A stretch of 64,000 nucleotides of DNA from Epiperipatus broadwayi (Eukaryota > Animalia > Onychophora): positions 17,112,001 through 17,176,000 of the forward strand of contig JAQFVV010000007.1 in assembly GCA_028023455.1 (NCBI GenBank), in the 5' to 3' direction. The position numbers and the translations under genes are program-made. The notes under the pieces are model-generated. The model ran no database searches. It was not told where the DNA came from and worked only from the letters and a program-made list of their open reading frames with translations. Shown here one piece after another: positions 38,401 through 51,581 of the stretch; the first letter of the stretch is position 1; each line of letters starts with the position of its first letter.

Positions 38401-41320
38401 TGTGCCAATCGGATTTGTATGTTCACGTAACAAGATCAAGCATCTAGGCAAAAGTACCTCGAATCCAATCGTGCGCAAGATACACAGGTCAGGAGCACTC
38501 ATGAATTCTGCCCTATTTGCCTATTCCCCAGATCTATAACATTATGAGCAACAATCCCGATGACATCGATTAATCCACTTCTCATCCGCCGGCATCGATG
38601 ATCGGAGACACAAAAGACTCAAGGCTAACTCATGATAGAATAACTTAATAATGAGCATGTTAATTATATGTAGAGCGGAGATCATCTAGTCACATTTAAG
38701 CTTAAGAAATAACTTAATATTTATCTTAACTAAAGAAAGCACCGATCCGAGTTTGATGTATATATATTTACGATTTATTAATAATAATTATGTCAGGTCA
38801 TTTAGCCGACGTGAGCCTCAGGATTATTATAGATACTTATTTGAATCATTTTATACAATAACATGATAATTGCGGCTATGCCAATAATATATGTATGTGT
38901 TTGAATAAATTAGCGATATTAGAATAGATTATTAGAACGCTATCACACCCCCAGAAACGAAAAGAGCATTTGATTACTTCAAACAATAATTTTAACACAG
39001 ATAATATTTGATTACATTTAATATGACAGTTAACTGGGAATTTTAGATAATTAATGCGCGGGATGGGTAATGAACAATTTACACAAACGATACTAAATTT
39101 ATTGTAATAATACTTATATTAAACTAATGGCAATATGTTTGTTTAAATAAATCATTTCATTACGGCTTATGAATACTTCTGGGCTAATGATAAAATAAGG
39201 AAAAGCGGTGCATGCATGGTGGCTTATTGGGTCGGTCCTTTTATGGATCCTGGAGTGTGCTTCGCGAATTCTAAGAAGTGACCGATTTCCTCTGCAAACT
39301 TTGGCAGGGTCGGTTTGACGAACGAAGGGCGGCCAGCTGTGACTATCGGGCTGGTTTTTCCAGAGCGATCCCCGTATAAAGCATGCTCGTAAGACCGTGG
39401 ATGTCCCCTAGGTGGTTTTTACAGCCTGGTTTAAGGACAGAGAGACGACGATGGGATCCGACTTTGCGGTTGCCTCCATATAAGAAAGAAGCACGAATAT
39501 ATATATATAAAAATAGAATGGCCTTTATGCACTAAACGCTTATTAATAAAGCATAAATATATTTCTGAAATTAAAGATTATTGGGACGTATTTATTGCCC
39601 ACAAATTATGAACTATTCAGCGTAATGACATGGCTTCACTTTAAGCAAACAGGGATAATAATTATACATATAAATATAGAATAAAAAGGTTAAGGTCCGC
39701 CTCCCCCTTACATTATATTACTTAATGTAATTCATTACTTTTTACACATTAAATCTCAACTTTGGTTGATTTATGCTCTTGTGAAAATACATTAATTGAT
39801 TATAAAATAAATGGGTGGTCGTAATAGCTAAGATTAAATTCACATATATAATATAGTTGAAAAATAAAAGATAGCACATTATTTAGGAAGGAGAATGGAA
39901 AAAAAACAGATGTCAAATCTGTTTTTCAACAGTAAACATGAAAAATGTAATTAATTTATTTCTCTAAAACCATGAGCATCGAGAATGGAAAAAAAAACAG
40001 ATGTCAAATCTGTTTTTCAACAGTAAACATGAAAAATGTAATTAATTTATTTCTCTAAAACCATGAGCATCTGGGCAAGCCGAATAAGACTTGTTTTTAT
40101 CAATTATAAATTATTTACCCAGTAAATGATGGGTGGGGAAAACAAAATAAGTTATATGCTGGCGATTTTAGAATATTATTGGCATTAACTTTAAAATATA
40201 AATACGTAAAAATGTTAATAAAAATTATTGGCCGCTTTTAAATAAAATAAAAGAAAAACATTTTATAAGAGGCTTAGCATAGATTAGTTATATAGAGTTA
40301 TATATATTTGAAGACATTTAAAAGAGAGTTTAAAATACACATTATAGAGAAGGCAGGATTTTAGGAATTATAAGCGGTCAGAGTTCTTTACCTTGATTAT
40401 TGAGAAAAGCATTTCACCATGAATCAATCCATCGGTATTGTCACTAGATCTAGGGTAGCGGGATGAATTGAGATAGCACTTCATTTCATTGGAAAAGCAT
40501 ATATATAGTTCAGTAGCACGGAAGCTTCGTTCATGGGATCAGCATATTAGAACGGAGGGACAAGGCGAAATTTACTACTCACAACACATTGCGTGAAAAT
40601 TATATCGGGCGTGGATTATGTTTAGCAGCATGGCTATTTAATGATCTCCTCCTCTTGTGGATTCAAATCCAGCAGTATTTATACTTTGAATTTGAATTTG
40701 TAACTAGGCAACTACTGCTGGACCTGAGGCGGTTTAAGCACTTAGATTTCATTTGGAATCGTTTGGCCGGATACTCTTATCTGGTAGGATGTTTGAAACA
40801 ATGCAAGTTTGTTATCAGTTTCTCGAACGATTGTTTTAAAATATATCTTGTGATTTTAAAACAAGCTAGCGTGGACAATTTCCACTATTGGGTTTCTTCT
40901 ATTATTACTAATTCGTAATCTTCTATTTTAATCTAAAGGGTCTTCCGGGTTATTGTTTTTCGAGAGACTTACTAACAAGATTGCATCATTTCTGGCTACA
41001 AACTTATATATGAAAAATATAATAAGTATCATATATAATATCTTATATATATATAATATACTATTAATTCAATCACAATCTCCTATGCTAAAATATATAT
41101 ATATATTTATTATTTACGCCCGCATACACATGAGAATATTATTATTAGATTAAATATTAAATTAAGACACATACGTTTACATCATTTTATACTATTGGGT
41201 AAGGAAATATATTATTAGTTATGTGTATACGTGCGTAAGGACGAGTTTGAATACGGTTAGGTAGTAGGAGATTGGATGTGGGCTGTGAAGCAGGATCTGA
41301 GCATCAGATCATCTGCTTCA
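38401..41320 (+). mobile_element. Solo-LTR-like element A (TG...CA, ATAT on both flanks)
   Basis: ATAT|TGTGCC...GCTTCA|ATAT, with no long ORF. It shares conserved blocks with the elements at 51582-53740 and 60065-62909. It has a terminal hairpin at 41286-41320 and an internal 90-bp tandem duplication. The strand label is relative orientation only. Confidence 0.72.
39891..40071. repeat. 90-bp near-exact tandem duplication inside element A
   Basis: GAGAATGGAAAAAAAACAGATGTCAAATC...CCATGAGCATC occurs twice. Confidence 0.95.
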
Positions 41321-43866
41321 ATATATATATTAATTTAATATTTTCAGTAACTAACAGATATTGTTGAGTAGCCAACCCCAATTTTTGGTTAAAATATATA
41401 AAATCATGAAAATAAAAAACAAAAATGTAAACATGTAGAATTTGTAATTGTATTATCATAGCACAGCTGACTTGAATAAATAATTATTTAATAAGACTAT
41501 TTACTCAAAATATATTTCTATCCGATATCAAAATACGATCAGAGAAAATCTTTATTATTCCAACTAGCTTCCAAAAAAACTTTCTATTTAGATCTTTATA
41601 TATATATTTTTTATTTCACTTGACGACTGCCACACTACCACTAACTCATCTAAATTTAAAGGTATATGCATTAATTGTAAGACCATAGCCCTTTTCTTCT
41701 TACTCCTTTAATAATTGGAAAGTTATTCCATGTTTTTGAAATTCTGGTTTTAATATGGTTGCAGCCAAGTCATTTATCCCTATTAAATTTGCTTTATTAA
41801 TTGTATCATTTTATTTACTTATATATCTTTAATTCAAAATTTACTTTTGACAAAAAAATTCAATAAACAAAAAATTAAAAGCATCCAACAGTTTTTCACA
41901 TATAGCAATACCATTAATTAGATACCGAAACGATTTTAATCAAATAATGTCAAGTAAGCTGCAACAATTGTGTGGAAAATATGCTCAGATTTTTCTCCGT
42001 AGTACATAGAGCAGGTGCCTTTTGACCTGAGACGCTCATCTTCCAATACTGTTTTTATTGCCTATAAAATTTTTAACTTAATATATGGAAGATTGTGATT
42101 AACATCTCCTGCACAGTTTAAAATGTACTGCTGATAGCAGAATTGTAATCAACTGCTGCCATCATTAGCAATATAAAAAAAAAACAATAAACAAAAAAAA
42201 GCAGGATAGAAGTGAAAAAAAAAAACATACACTATTCTAATAAATTATTGTTGGAGTAAAGTAAACAAAACAAGACTAGAACAGCCAAATCTGTAGTCAC
42301 TAGCTGAAGCTCAAAAATAATATATTCAAATATAAAGGAAATGAATTATATTACCTGTTAAAATTAAAAAATAGACAACAAACTTTCTAAAAGATCTTGA
42401 GTGTTGGTCATCTAGGGACTGATTTTTAAATAGATATGAAACTACACAAGATTCAACTTACAATTTACTTAAATTGTAAAAATTTATTTAAATAAATTAC
42501 ACAACCTACAAGTCTTGTGAAAAATCATTGCTTATCTTATCACAGCCACAAAATTTGCTAGAATGCACATTAGTGATTACAAATAAAAATTGAACGTCTT
42601 TATTTCTTGGGAGTTCATAAATGCGAGTCCACAGGGCTAAATACAATCCATAAACCTTGATTTCCCATCTGCCATTATACCACTGTATCATACCATGCAG
42701 GGCAGTGATTAAAAATGATCGAAATTCATTATATAGTCACTTCTTTGCTTCAAAGGGTGCTAACAACACATATTGCAAATACAAACCAGTTCCTATAGTG
42801 TAAAAACTAAAAATCATCAGTCTAACAGACAGGTTTCTATTCTAACTTATAAAAACCAAGAGTCAATTGTCTTTGACCAGATTTAAATAAAATCCTTATA
42901 GTTTTTAAATTTTACAGCTTTATATAGTAATAAATTCTCAAATAGACATCTATAATCACTAAAAAAAAAAATTCCATTTATTATGCCTAAAAGGTATCGA
43001 ATTAACAAAAAAAAAGACAGTAGCCCTAATTTCTATTTCAGAATTTGTCAAAAATATTAAGTTGGAAAAGTTATGGTAAAAATAGTTTTCTTTTGCTCTA
43101 CACAATGTAGAAGTATGATGAGTGGCCAATTAGAGCAAAATTTTTCAATCAGTTCCAGTTAAAGAAAATTTTTTAAAAATCTCAATTTGACTAAGTGGGT
43201 GGGCTCAGTTTGACCCTAGGGCATCAAACATAAATATCCCAAGTTACTGACCATCCGATTATTTTTAATCTGCTTATTGAAAAGATAAAAAAAGAACAGC
43301 TTTTTTACTCTAACACAATTTAATTCCAAGTCCGAGCAATCAGTGATGATAGAAGATACCCTATTACATTTTAATCCCCACTTTAAGGCTGGCTTGCTCA
43401 AGATTCGAATTTGAAACTAATGCAGTTATGCATTTGCATCTATTTTTAACTATCAATTCTAAAAATATTATTAAAAGTTAATTATTTATTTTAGAATGAC
43501 AAATCTGATTTTCTCAAATCTATGAAGGAACATATGAAATATCATCATTGTTTAAATTATAGAATTTCTGACTTGCTAATTGAATTTTTGAACTCGGTAT
43601 TTAAAATATAATTCTGTGGTCAGTTGCCTTAGAAATCTTAAAATGTTTGGATAGCTAGGTGGAAAGCTGAGCAATAAAATCCCATTCAAGTCATCAAATT
43701 GAGTTTTTTTCTTACTTCCCTCTAAATTAATTAATATTCTATCATTGTGGCTCTGGACAATTCAAGCTGACACTTGAAATTTAAATTAGGTTAAGATTCT
43801 GAATCCAAGTCATCTTGTTTGAATAGTTACATAGATCTAATTCCAATTAAATGATTGCTCGGGTTT

Positions 43867-43882
43867 TCAGTAGATGGCGCTA
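43867..43882 (+). promoter_or_regulatory. Candidate CTCF-binding site in the PHB2 intron
   Basis: TCAGTAGATGGCGCTA is a near-perfect match to the CTCF core CCASYAGRKGGCRS (only the first base differs). Its CpG is retained in a CpG-poor context. Confidence 0.45.
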
Positions 43883-44396
43883 GAATGGAGAGCTGCTTTT
43901 GTTTTATCATAAATTGTGTGAGCTGAAATATTAAGTGATTTCTTGTTATTAAAAAGTTTTCAGCAGTTGTTAAATACTTACATGTATTAAGTATAAAAAT
44001 TTGCTTTTATCATGCTATAAATAAGATTTTTACATGAAGAAAATTTTAAGCACAAAGATGGATGAAACAGATAAAATGTAAGTAAGACTATATAGCATTT
44101 TAATGGTTTGCTACAGTTTTCTTTTCTATAACCAATATGAAATAATTTTTAGCTATCAATCTGCAACTTTTAGGTTCATATACTTATGGGTTTTTTTTAA
44201 TATCAATATCGACTGAATGAGTGAGATAAATCCTGAGATATTTTTAAAATAAAGACTTTCCTAATTATACACATTTCATAATATTCATTACTGTAATCAA
44301 TATAATAAGTAAAAAAAAAAAAATCCTACAACATATAAGCAATATAGTAAACATAAGACTTAATAAATAAGTTTAAAAATTAAAAAAAAAACTTAC

Positions 44397-44474
44397 CGTC
44401 CTGGCAATATTTTGGGCAGCACGTATTTTCCTCAACTTCAAATATCCAGGGTTCTTGGATATTTCTTCTCCAAG
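44397..44474 (-). CDS. PHB2: Prohibitin-2, internal coding exon (78 nt)
   Basis: Translates to [26 protein letters not shown] (human [26 protein letters not shown]). It is preceded by TTTTCTTAACGGTGTAC and followed by a GTAAGT donor. Confidence 0.97.
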
Positions 44475-47400
44475 GTACACCGTTAAGAAAACATATCAAA
44501 TATATTCATAGATTCAGAAAAAAAAAGTGTCACATTATCATCAGATTACTAAAGAAAAAAAAAAATCAAAGCTGACTTTAATCTTAACTCCAGTACAATA
44601 TCACCAACTGAAAAATCATATTACGTTTGCTAATGATAAGACTGTGTCTACCCAAGATTTCCCAGAATTCACTTCTATTCAGAGTTATGCAAAGGTAGAG
44701 TTAATATAACGGTCGCCTTTACAGAGTTTAACTAAAACTTCAGTTAACACCCCAAGATTCAACCACATCTGATTTTCAGTTTGGCAACATACTTCTGGCA
44801 CAAGACAATCAGCTCAAAATGCCTTGATTCATCATGTGATAATGTTATTAGATGTCAAGCCACTTTAAAGTTTGAAAATAATAATGTAACTTGACATTTG
44901 GATAACTAAATTTTCTAAAACTTTAAAGAAAAAAAAACAAGGTCAATTATTCTATATTAACTTTACGTGATAAAATTATACTGTACATTATAAAACTCAG
45001 AATGAGAGATTTAAAATAATTTAAACCCTTTTATAACACAAGCATTCAAACTGTCTAATTATTGATTTAAGAGGCATCTCTTGCTAAAAATTTACAATTT
45101 TATTGGCTAATGAGCTTTTTATAAAAAAGCAACTAACAATTATCAAATAATGTCACATAAGATTCATATTATCTGATTTAATTCATTTTAATACTGAAAG
45201 AAAAAAAGTCTCTTTTTTTAATGTATTTGCAATACAGTACTAACCACTAATGAAAGCCAAGTGTGAGGTCTACTTTATCATGTACAATTTATAGAATACA
45301 CACCTTTTTACAACTTAGCAGCAGAATAAGAAATAATCTTCCTATATACATGACTCTTACAAATAGTGTCATATGCACGACTGCTATTGATGTAATTAAA
45401 TATAAACTAGAGATCCACATGTTGCTTTCTTTCTGCACATGTGTGTGTTTGTAGTAAAACATCTACCCATTGTTTTTCAAGAATCTGGGAGGGGGGGATA
45501 TATGGTAAATGATAAAAAAGGAAACATTTCTATGTCTTCCTTGTTATTATGATTAAAAAAAGCAAATTAAAGATACGAGATAACAATATATATGGGTGTG
45601 ATGGTTGTAATAATTTTTGTAGTGCAAATAAAATAGGTAAAAAGGAATAGCACACACACCCCTCCATCCATCTATTTAAATTGCCTACTATCTATGAATG
45701 GCATAACAATTAGCTTCAAATTATTTTTAAAACTAGTCTATACTTAAATAAAAAATATTCATTAATAACTTAATGAAAACATAATAATGAATTCAGAACC
45801 TAGTTTGCTAATAGGTTTGCCCTTCGAATTTTGCTAATATAACTGTGTTAAACAAAACTTAACAATACCTATTAGTTTAATAATTAATTTAATTATAAAT
45901 ACTAGTAAAAACTATTAGTTAACTACATCAAAAAAATAACTTTTAGCTTTCATTCAATTATATATATATATATATATATGGATTACTTTTACAAATACTA
46001 CAAAATTTCCAATTCCATGCACACAATTAAAACATAAAAATATATTTAAAAAGAGTAATTTCCAAAATATATTTCTGCCTGAATCAACTATCATTCAGTG
46101 ACTAAAATCTTATCTTTTAAATATCTTCATCATTGCAATTCATTTTTGTTGAACAAACTCTTTGATAATATTGATTTTAAATACATTTATGATTTTTACT
46201 AATCATTTATTAGGCTAAACATTATTACATAAATTTTAGCCCAAATATAAAATTTAAGTTTGCATAAAGATTAATGCATCTATTATTAAATAGAAATATA
46301 TTATAAATTTAATTCCAACTTCTTTTTTTCTATTCATGCATATTATAGAAATATTGGAAATTTTCCAATCTTTACACACACACTTAAGATATGGATCAAG
46401 ACATTTGAAATAAGACTAACGATCACAGAATCAGCATCATGGCTTTTTCAAATGTTCTTTATACATGTTTGAATTGTATGTGGAGATTGAAAATTTTGTA
46501 GAATAACTGAGCTCTCATGCGTGAAGATAAAGACATGGAATTAAATTAATACAATCCATGCTTACATTCAATAATACATACATTAATCTTGAATTAAGTT
46601 TAAAGTTTATATCAGAGTTAAAAATTATAACCAGACATTAAAAAACTGTTCTCGTATTTATCTTCAGTTTTGAAAATGAATTTTTAGCATAAAATTGCAA
46701 ACTTTTGACTTCTACATGCCATGCTCAGTTGAGAATCAATATTTATTATAGAAAAACAGAGTATGTAGAAAAGCACATTTTGACCTTTTTTTTTTTAACT
46801 TTTCAATTTTTTCCTTGATATATTGCTAAAAAAATTGTATATTTTGCTTACATTTGTTACACCATGTTAGGTTTCAAATTCATGCAACTTGAAATATCAG
46901 TAATCTACCTGAACTATTTAATGCATTAAGTTTTTATTTTACTTGGGAAAAAAATTATACAAAATTTGATCAGTAGAGACAAATAGAAAGCAACTTCTTG
47001 TTGAGAAAGCCTAAAGTTCTCTGAAAAATGAAAGTAAAAAATATATATTAATTCATCCATCAGAGACAATTGTACGGTCATGACATTATACTTTTCCTTC
47101 ATTCTCCTTCAGCAATCTTTAGCATTATATTTGCATATTTAGACTGATTTTGCAGTCATAACTTAGTACTGATGAATAGTTAAAAAAAAAAAAAAATTGA
47201 AAGGGATCAGTAATCCACAGAAAAAACCATGAGAAAAACTTTAAAAATACCAACTACAACTTTCAAAGATTCCAATCTGATGATTCTTTGATTTTGGGCA
47301 TACTAACAAACATGCAAACTCCCAATTGCATTATTTCTGTCATTGCTTTAAATATTTATGATTATTTTTACAAAATATTTATGTACTAATTAATAAAAAA

Positions 47401-48274
47401 AGAAATATCTTTATATTCAAACTTAAGATGTTTTTTTTTAATGATTCATTTTCAAAAACGAAAGCAAATCGAAGTAACGATAAAAAAAAACACTATGTTT
47501 GTTTTGTGCTGTCAAAAATGATCTTATAGAATTTTTATAATATTCCAATAACTTTAAATATTATTTTAGATTTTATAATAGGATTTCATAAGGTTACGAG
47601 TTTATAAAAATTTATTCAAGTTTTACAATGCAATTTCAAATAACAAATATTTTGTTTATTATTAACAATAACGTTAATCTCACTTATTCCGAAATGGCCC
47701 ATTGGCTCAAAAATATTTTTATATATTTTACAGAATGTATTACAAATGTATATCTAATAGATATAAAAAATTAATATAATACTGCATACCAAAAAATTGT
47801 ATGATTGTATCAGTTTATTTTTCAACATGGACATTACAAGTAGTATTTCATTTTAAAAACCATCTATTGGAAACTCGAGTAGATAGTAGGGCTACAAGCA
47901 CAAATCCAATGCAATTCAGTGAAGAAGGCAAATAACCAGAAATAAATCTTGAAGATGTGGATTTATTAATATCTAGCATTGTTTTGATTAATTGCACAAG
48001 ATGGCTGGAACAAAATAAAATAAATTATTGCTTCTACATCAAACTAGTGATTATTAATTAATATTTACATTTTACTTTATATTTTTAGCAGCTTACAGCA
48101 CTTTATGTTTATTGAAGGTTGGGAGGGGGGTGGACGTGTTGTTGACACATGAAGTTACTAATTCAAAATTATCATCATTGAATTTATTACATTAAAAACT
48201 AATGACAATAAATTATAATTATTTTAATATGCGAAAAATGTTCATTATGAGACCATTTAAAAAACAAAGGATAT
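44475..48274 (-). other. PHB2: U12-type (minor spliceosome) AT-AC intron of PHB2, 3800 nt
   Basis: The 5' end reads ATATCCTTTG (U12 consensus). A branch-point TTTTCTTAAC lies just upstream of the terminal AC. Splicing AT..AC joins ...ATM to LGEE... in frame. Confidence 0.93.
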
Positions 48275-48378
48275 CATTGTTGCTGCCTGTGCTTCTCCTT
48301 CAGCCTGCACAACCTTCTGCGCCCTCTCCTGAACAGCCTTTTCAACAAAAAATTGGGCCCTTTGAGCTTCTTGCTGAG
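48275..48378 (-). CDS. PHB2: Prohibitin-2, internal coding exon (104 nt)
   Basis: Minus-strand translation (A)[34 protein letters not shown] matches the PHB2 coiled-coil region (human [35 protein letters not shown]). It is preceded by a T-tract and ...CTAGGTAG. The second AG gives a 104-nt phase-1 exon, matching the human exon as I recall it; the first AG would start the exon at 48382. The exon is followed by ATATCCTT. Confidence 0.95.
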
Positions 48379-48766
48379 CTACCTAGAAATTTTTTTTAAA
48401 AAAAAAGATATAAAAGACCATATCAAATGCTTACATAATAAAAGATTTATAATCCCTATGCCACCCACTGCAAGCATGTTTTAAACATCCTATCAAAACC
48501 AATATTAACTTTTAGATTATCAATTTAGATGTAAGGTTATATTAAAAAAATTACAAAATGGCAGTTTAATATGTAAATGCCATTAAACATCTTAAGCGAT
48601 TCCTCTTATTTTTCCTCACTATATATTTCTTCTAATGCATTTTCATAATGACTCTATGTCTAAACATTGGTCACTCTTAATCAATTTCTTGAATATCCTT
48701 TTCAAAGTTTCAACATTCTCATTCTTCTCTTTCCATCTTTTTATTTCATTTTTTTCTTCCACATAT

Positions 48767-50951
48767 TGTAACGGTCAGAATTCATATATCTCATTAACCA
48801 GTTGCATCTTCCCTCCACTACAGTTGAAAAGCAGCACTACAGGTGGGTTCAGGGCCTGCAATGCTGAGATCGAATCTAGTAGATTGATTACACAACATAT
48901 AACTACGGGATAACGTACTTGCCACCACATTAGCAAACATCTTTTAGGCCACGGGGGTCAGGGAGATGCAAGAGACTCTAACTAATTCTATTACAACTAA
49001 TATTATTATAAATCTAATGAATGACCTAGTTATATTTAAATTATTTCGACACAAGACACTATGGCTATAGGGCATTAAGGAAATAGACATGAAGATGTAG
49101 ATATAATTAAAACTATATTTAATATTGATATAAGTTTATTTACAGACTTGGAGTTTGATCTTAGTCAATACTCCTAATATGGCATGAGTTTGCATTATTA
49201 AAGCATTAAGCATTCGACCTGTCCCTTTGGGTATTTAATGGTAGCAAACTGTTATTTCATGCCCCGACTAAGTACATTAGCTTATCGTGTGAGGTAAATG
49301 TTGACGAGATATATGGTTGAAAACTTTCTTATCCCAACAATAGATTATATATGTAAAGTTTTATTTATATGATTAATTCTAAATAGGGCCTGTTATTGGA
49401 GGGCAGATAACATGGGAAGCTTGGGAAGTGAAATCGTAAGCAGAGAATAAAAGAATAGTTAACTAGACGAGAGGTGGTATTGATAGAGATGCCATAAAAT
49501 ATATATCGGAGGAAACTTTGAGATGCAAGCCAGGAGGGAAATATAAACTCGTGGGTGAGCTTCTGCTGGGGACCCAAGAAATCGGTCATAATCACAAGAC
49601 CGGGTGTATGGGAACTTCTGCCACTGTTACTACCCGACCGCATGACGGACTCAGCTTTCCATGAGAGCACTTTGAACTATGCCCTTCCGTATGGAGCGGA
49701 ACGATACCTTTAAACATAGGTATTCGGTGATTTCCCTGGCTTAAAATAAGAAAAAACTTTGGCATCGCTCAATAATTACACCTATCGTTTGATAATAGAA
49801 CAGGATTTATATTTTAATTGCTAATAAATGATGATTCACTCCCGAGGCCCACATTTATGAATGATTAACTTACAAGCCTTCAAATAACAGGAGATTGGTT
49901 TGATTATAAAGTTAAATTCAATGGATACCAATCGAAATTAATAATAAAAGGGTAAAGACTATAATTCTAGCATATTTCTATTGTTAAGATATCCACCCGC
50001 ACAAATTATGGGTCGCCTACAGTCATAGCTAAACGTGAAAGTCAGATGCGTCTCTAAAACTATGATGATTCATTTAAAAATATAAGACACTAGAAAGCAC
50101 ATTAATATAAATTGAGACGCATCTGAGAAATAATTTATAAAATATAAAGATAATTTCCAAGCTAGCTAATTCATAAATATAAGGCGAGTTTACTATTATC
50201 TAATAACTCCGCGCATTTTGGCGAAGGCTAACATTTAATAAAGTTAAGAGGCTAGGTCGGAAATTATTAAGGCATAAAATTAATTACGTCAATAAACAAA
50301 TATTAATAGAAATGGATACCCAAAGAAAAGGATTGTATAGTAGTTAAACATTTTAAAGGTTACAGATTTTAAGAAGTTTAGTGGTTTAATAGGATTTACA
50401 TGAGAGAAATTATAAACAAAACTATACAAATTAAAGATATGAGTTCTAGTTTGAATAAAGAGCGTGAAAGTTCTTAAGAGATTTTGGGTACCGGTTACCT
50501 TTGATTTAAACAGAACGTGCATGTCTCTGAATGATCCCGTCATTCATGAAGTATGGCGCAGTAGTTTTTTTTCTTAACAGTTCATTTAGTGGTCATGATT
50601 GTAAGTAGCAGTTGATTAGGTAGCAGTATATGGATGGCAGCAGACAATTTCAGTTCATTTTAAAAGCAAGTAGGGGATCCAGCGCATCTTCCACTCTCCA
50701 AAGGAGAATAGCTCATGCCTACTACTCGGGCATCGCACTGTTATACGTAAAAAGCATATTTTAATGAAAAACCAAACGGCAGATCAGAGATTAGACATTA
50801 GATATTAACTTAGCCTGACATTGGGCGATTCAGATAGATAGAGCTTAACATTTTACTTTGAACAAGACTTTATATACCTTTTGTCTCCCTTGCCCTTTAT
50901 CTTTCGGATCGATCTGACATTATGTATTTGTTCGCCTTTCAGGTCCGCTCA
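48767..50951 (-). mobile_element. Solo-LTR-like element B (more divergent relative)
   Basis: ATAT|TGTAAC...GCTCA|AATAT. It has a terminal hairpin TGTAACGGT..ACCAGTTGCA, and its two flanks appear to rejoin into one old LINE fragment. Similarity to elements A, C and D is weak. Confidence 0.55.
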
Positions 50952-51581
50952 AATATCTGCAGGTAAAATAGTGCATTAAGAGTACATGTTCCATTTGTCA
51001 TTTCAATCCAAACATTTTACTTTATTTTATTGTGTATTTCACCTATGACCTCATTATACTGCAGATGTTTCTTTAAAAACAAATTAACAAGCTTTCAGGA
51101 ATATTTCTCAGTATTCTATTGTCTCTCCCCATTATGACTTACAATTTTACTTAGCAGGGGAATTTCTATTTTTAATACATTTAAACATTTAAAAAGGTTA
51201 AAAACAACTTTTAGATTTTTATAAATTAAAATGTTATATAACTTTGACCTAAATAATAATTAACGCAAAATATTAAATATTTTAACTTTAATAAATTATT
51301 TTCAGTGTGTTAATATCTCATATTGGAGTGTGTGTGCATGAGGCATATTTAACAAGCTTTTATATATAACTAATACTATTATACGCACACAATCCAATAT
51401 TGAGGGTTTAAATTTAGGTGGAAGGGAGGAGTGGGTAGAAGACGATAGAACAAATATGACCGAAGTGAAACTAAGATTCGAACTTGAATCTTACAGCTTC
51501 AATATGCATTTCAAAACCATTTTCCCTTTTACTTTCCCAATATCCAGCATTTCGTATAAAGCATTTGTCACATTTCTATAT

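Noticed and set aside
41936-42061. Exon-like minus-strand segment AIKTVLEDERLRSKGTCSMYYGEKSEHIFH
   Set aside because: It does not match PHB2 and more likely represents a decayed LINE C-terminal Cys/His region.
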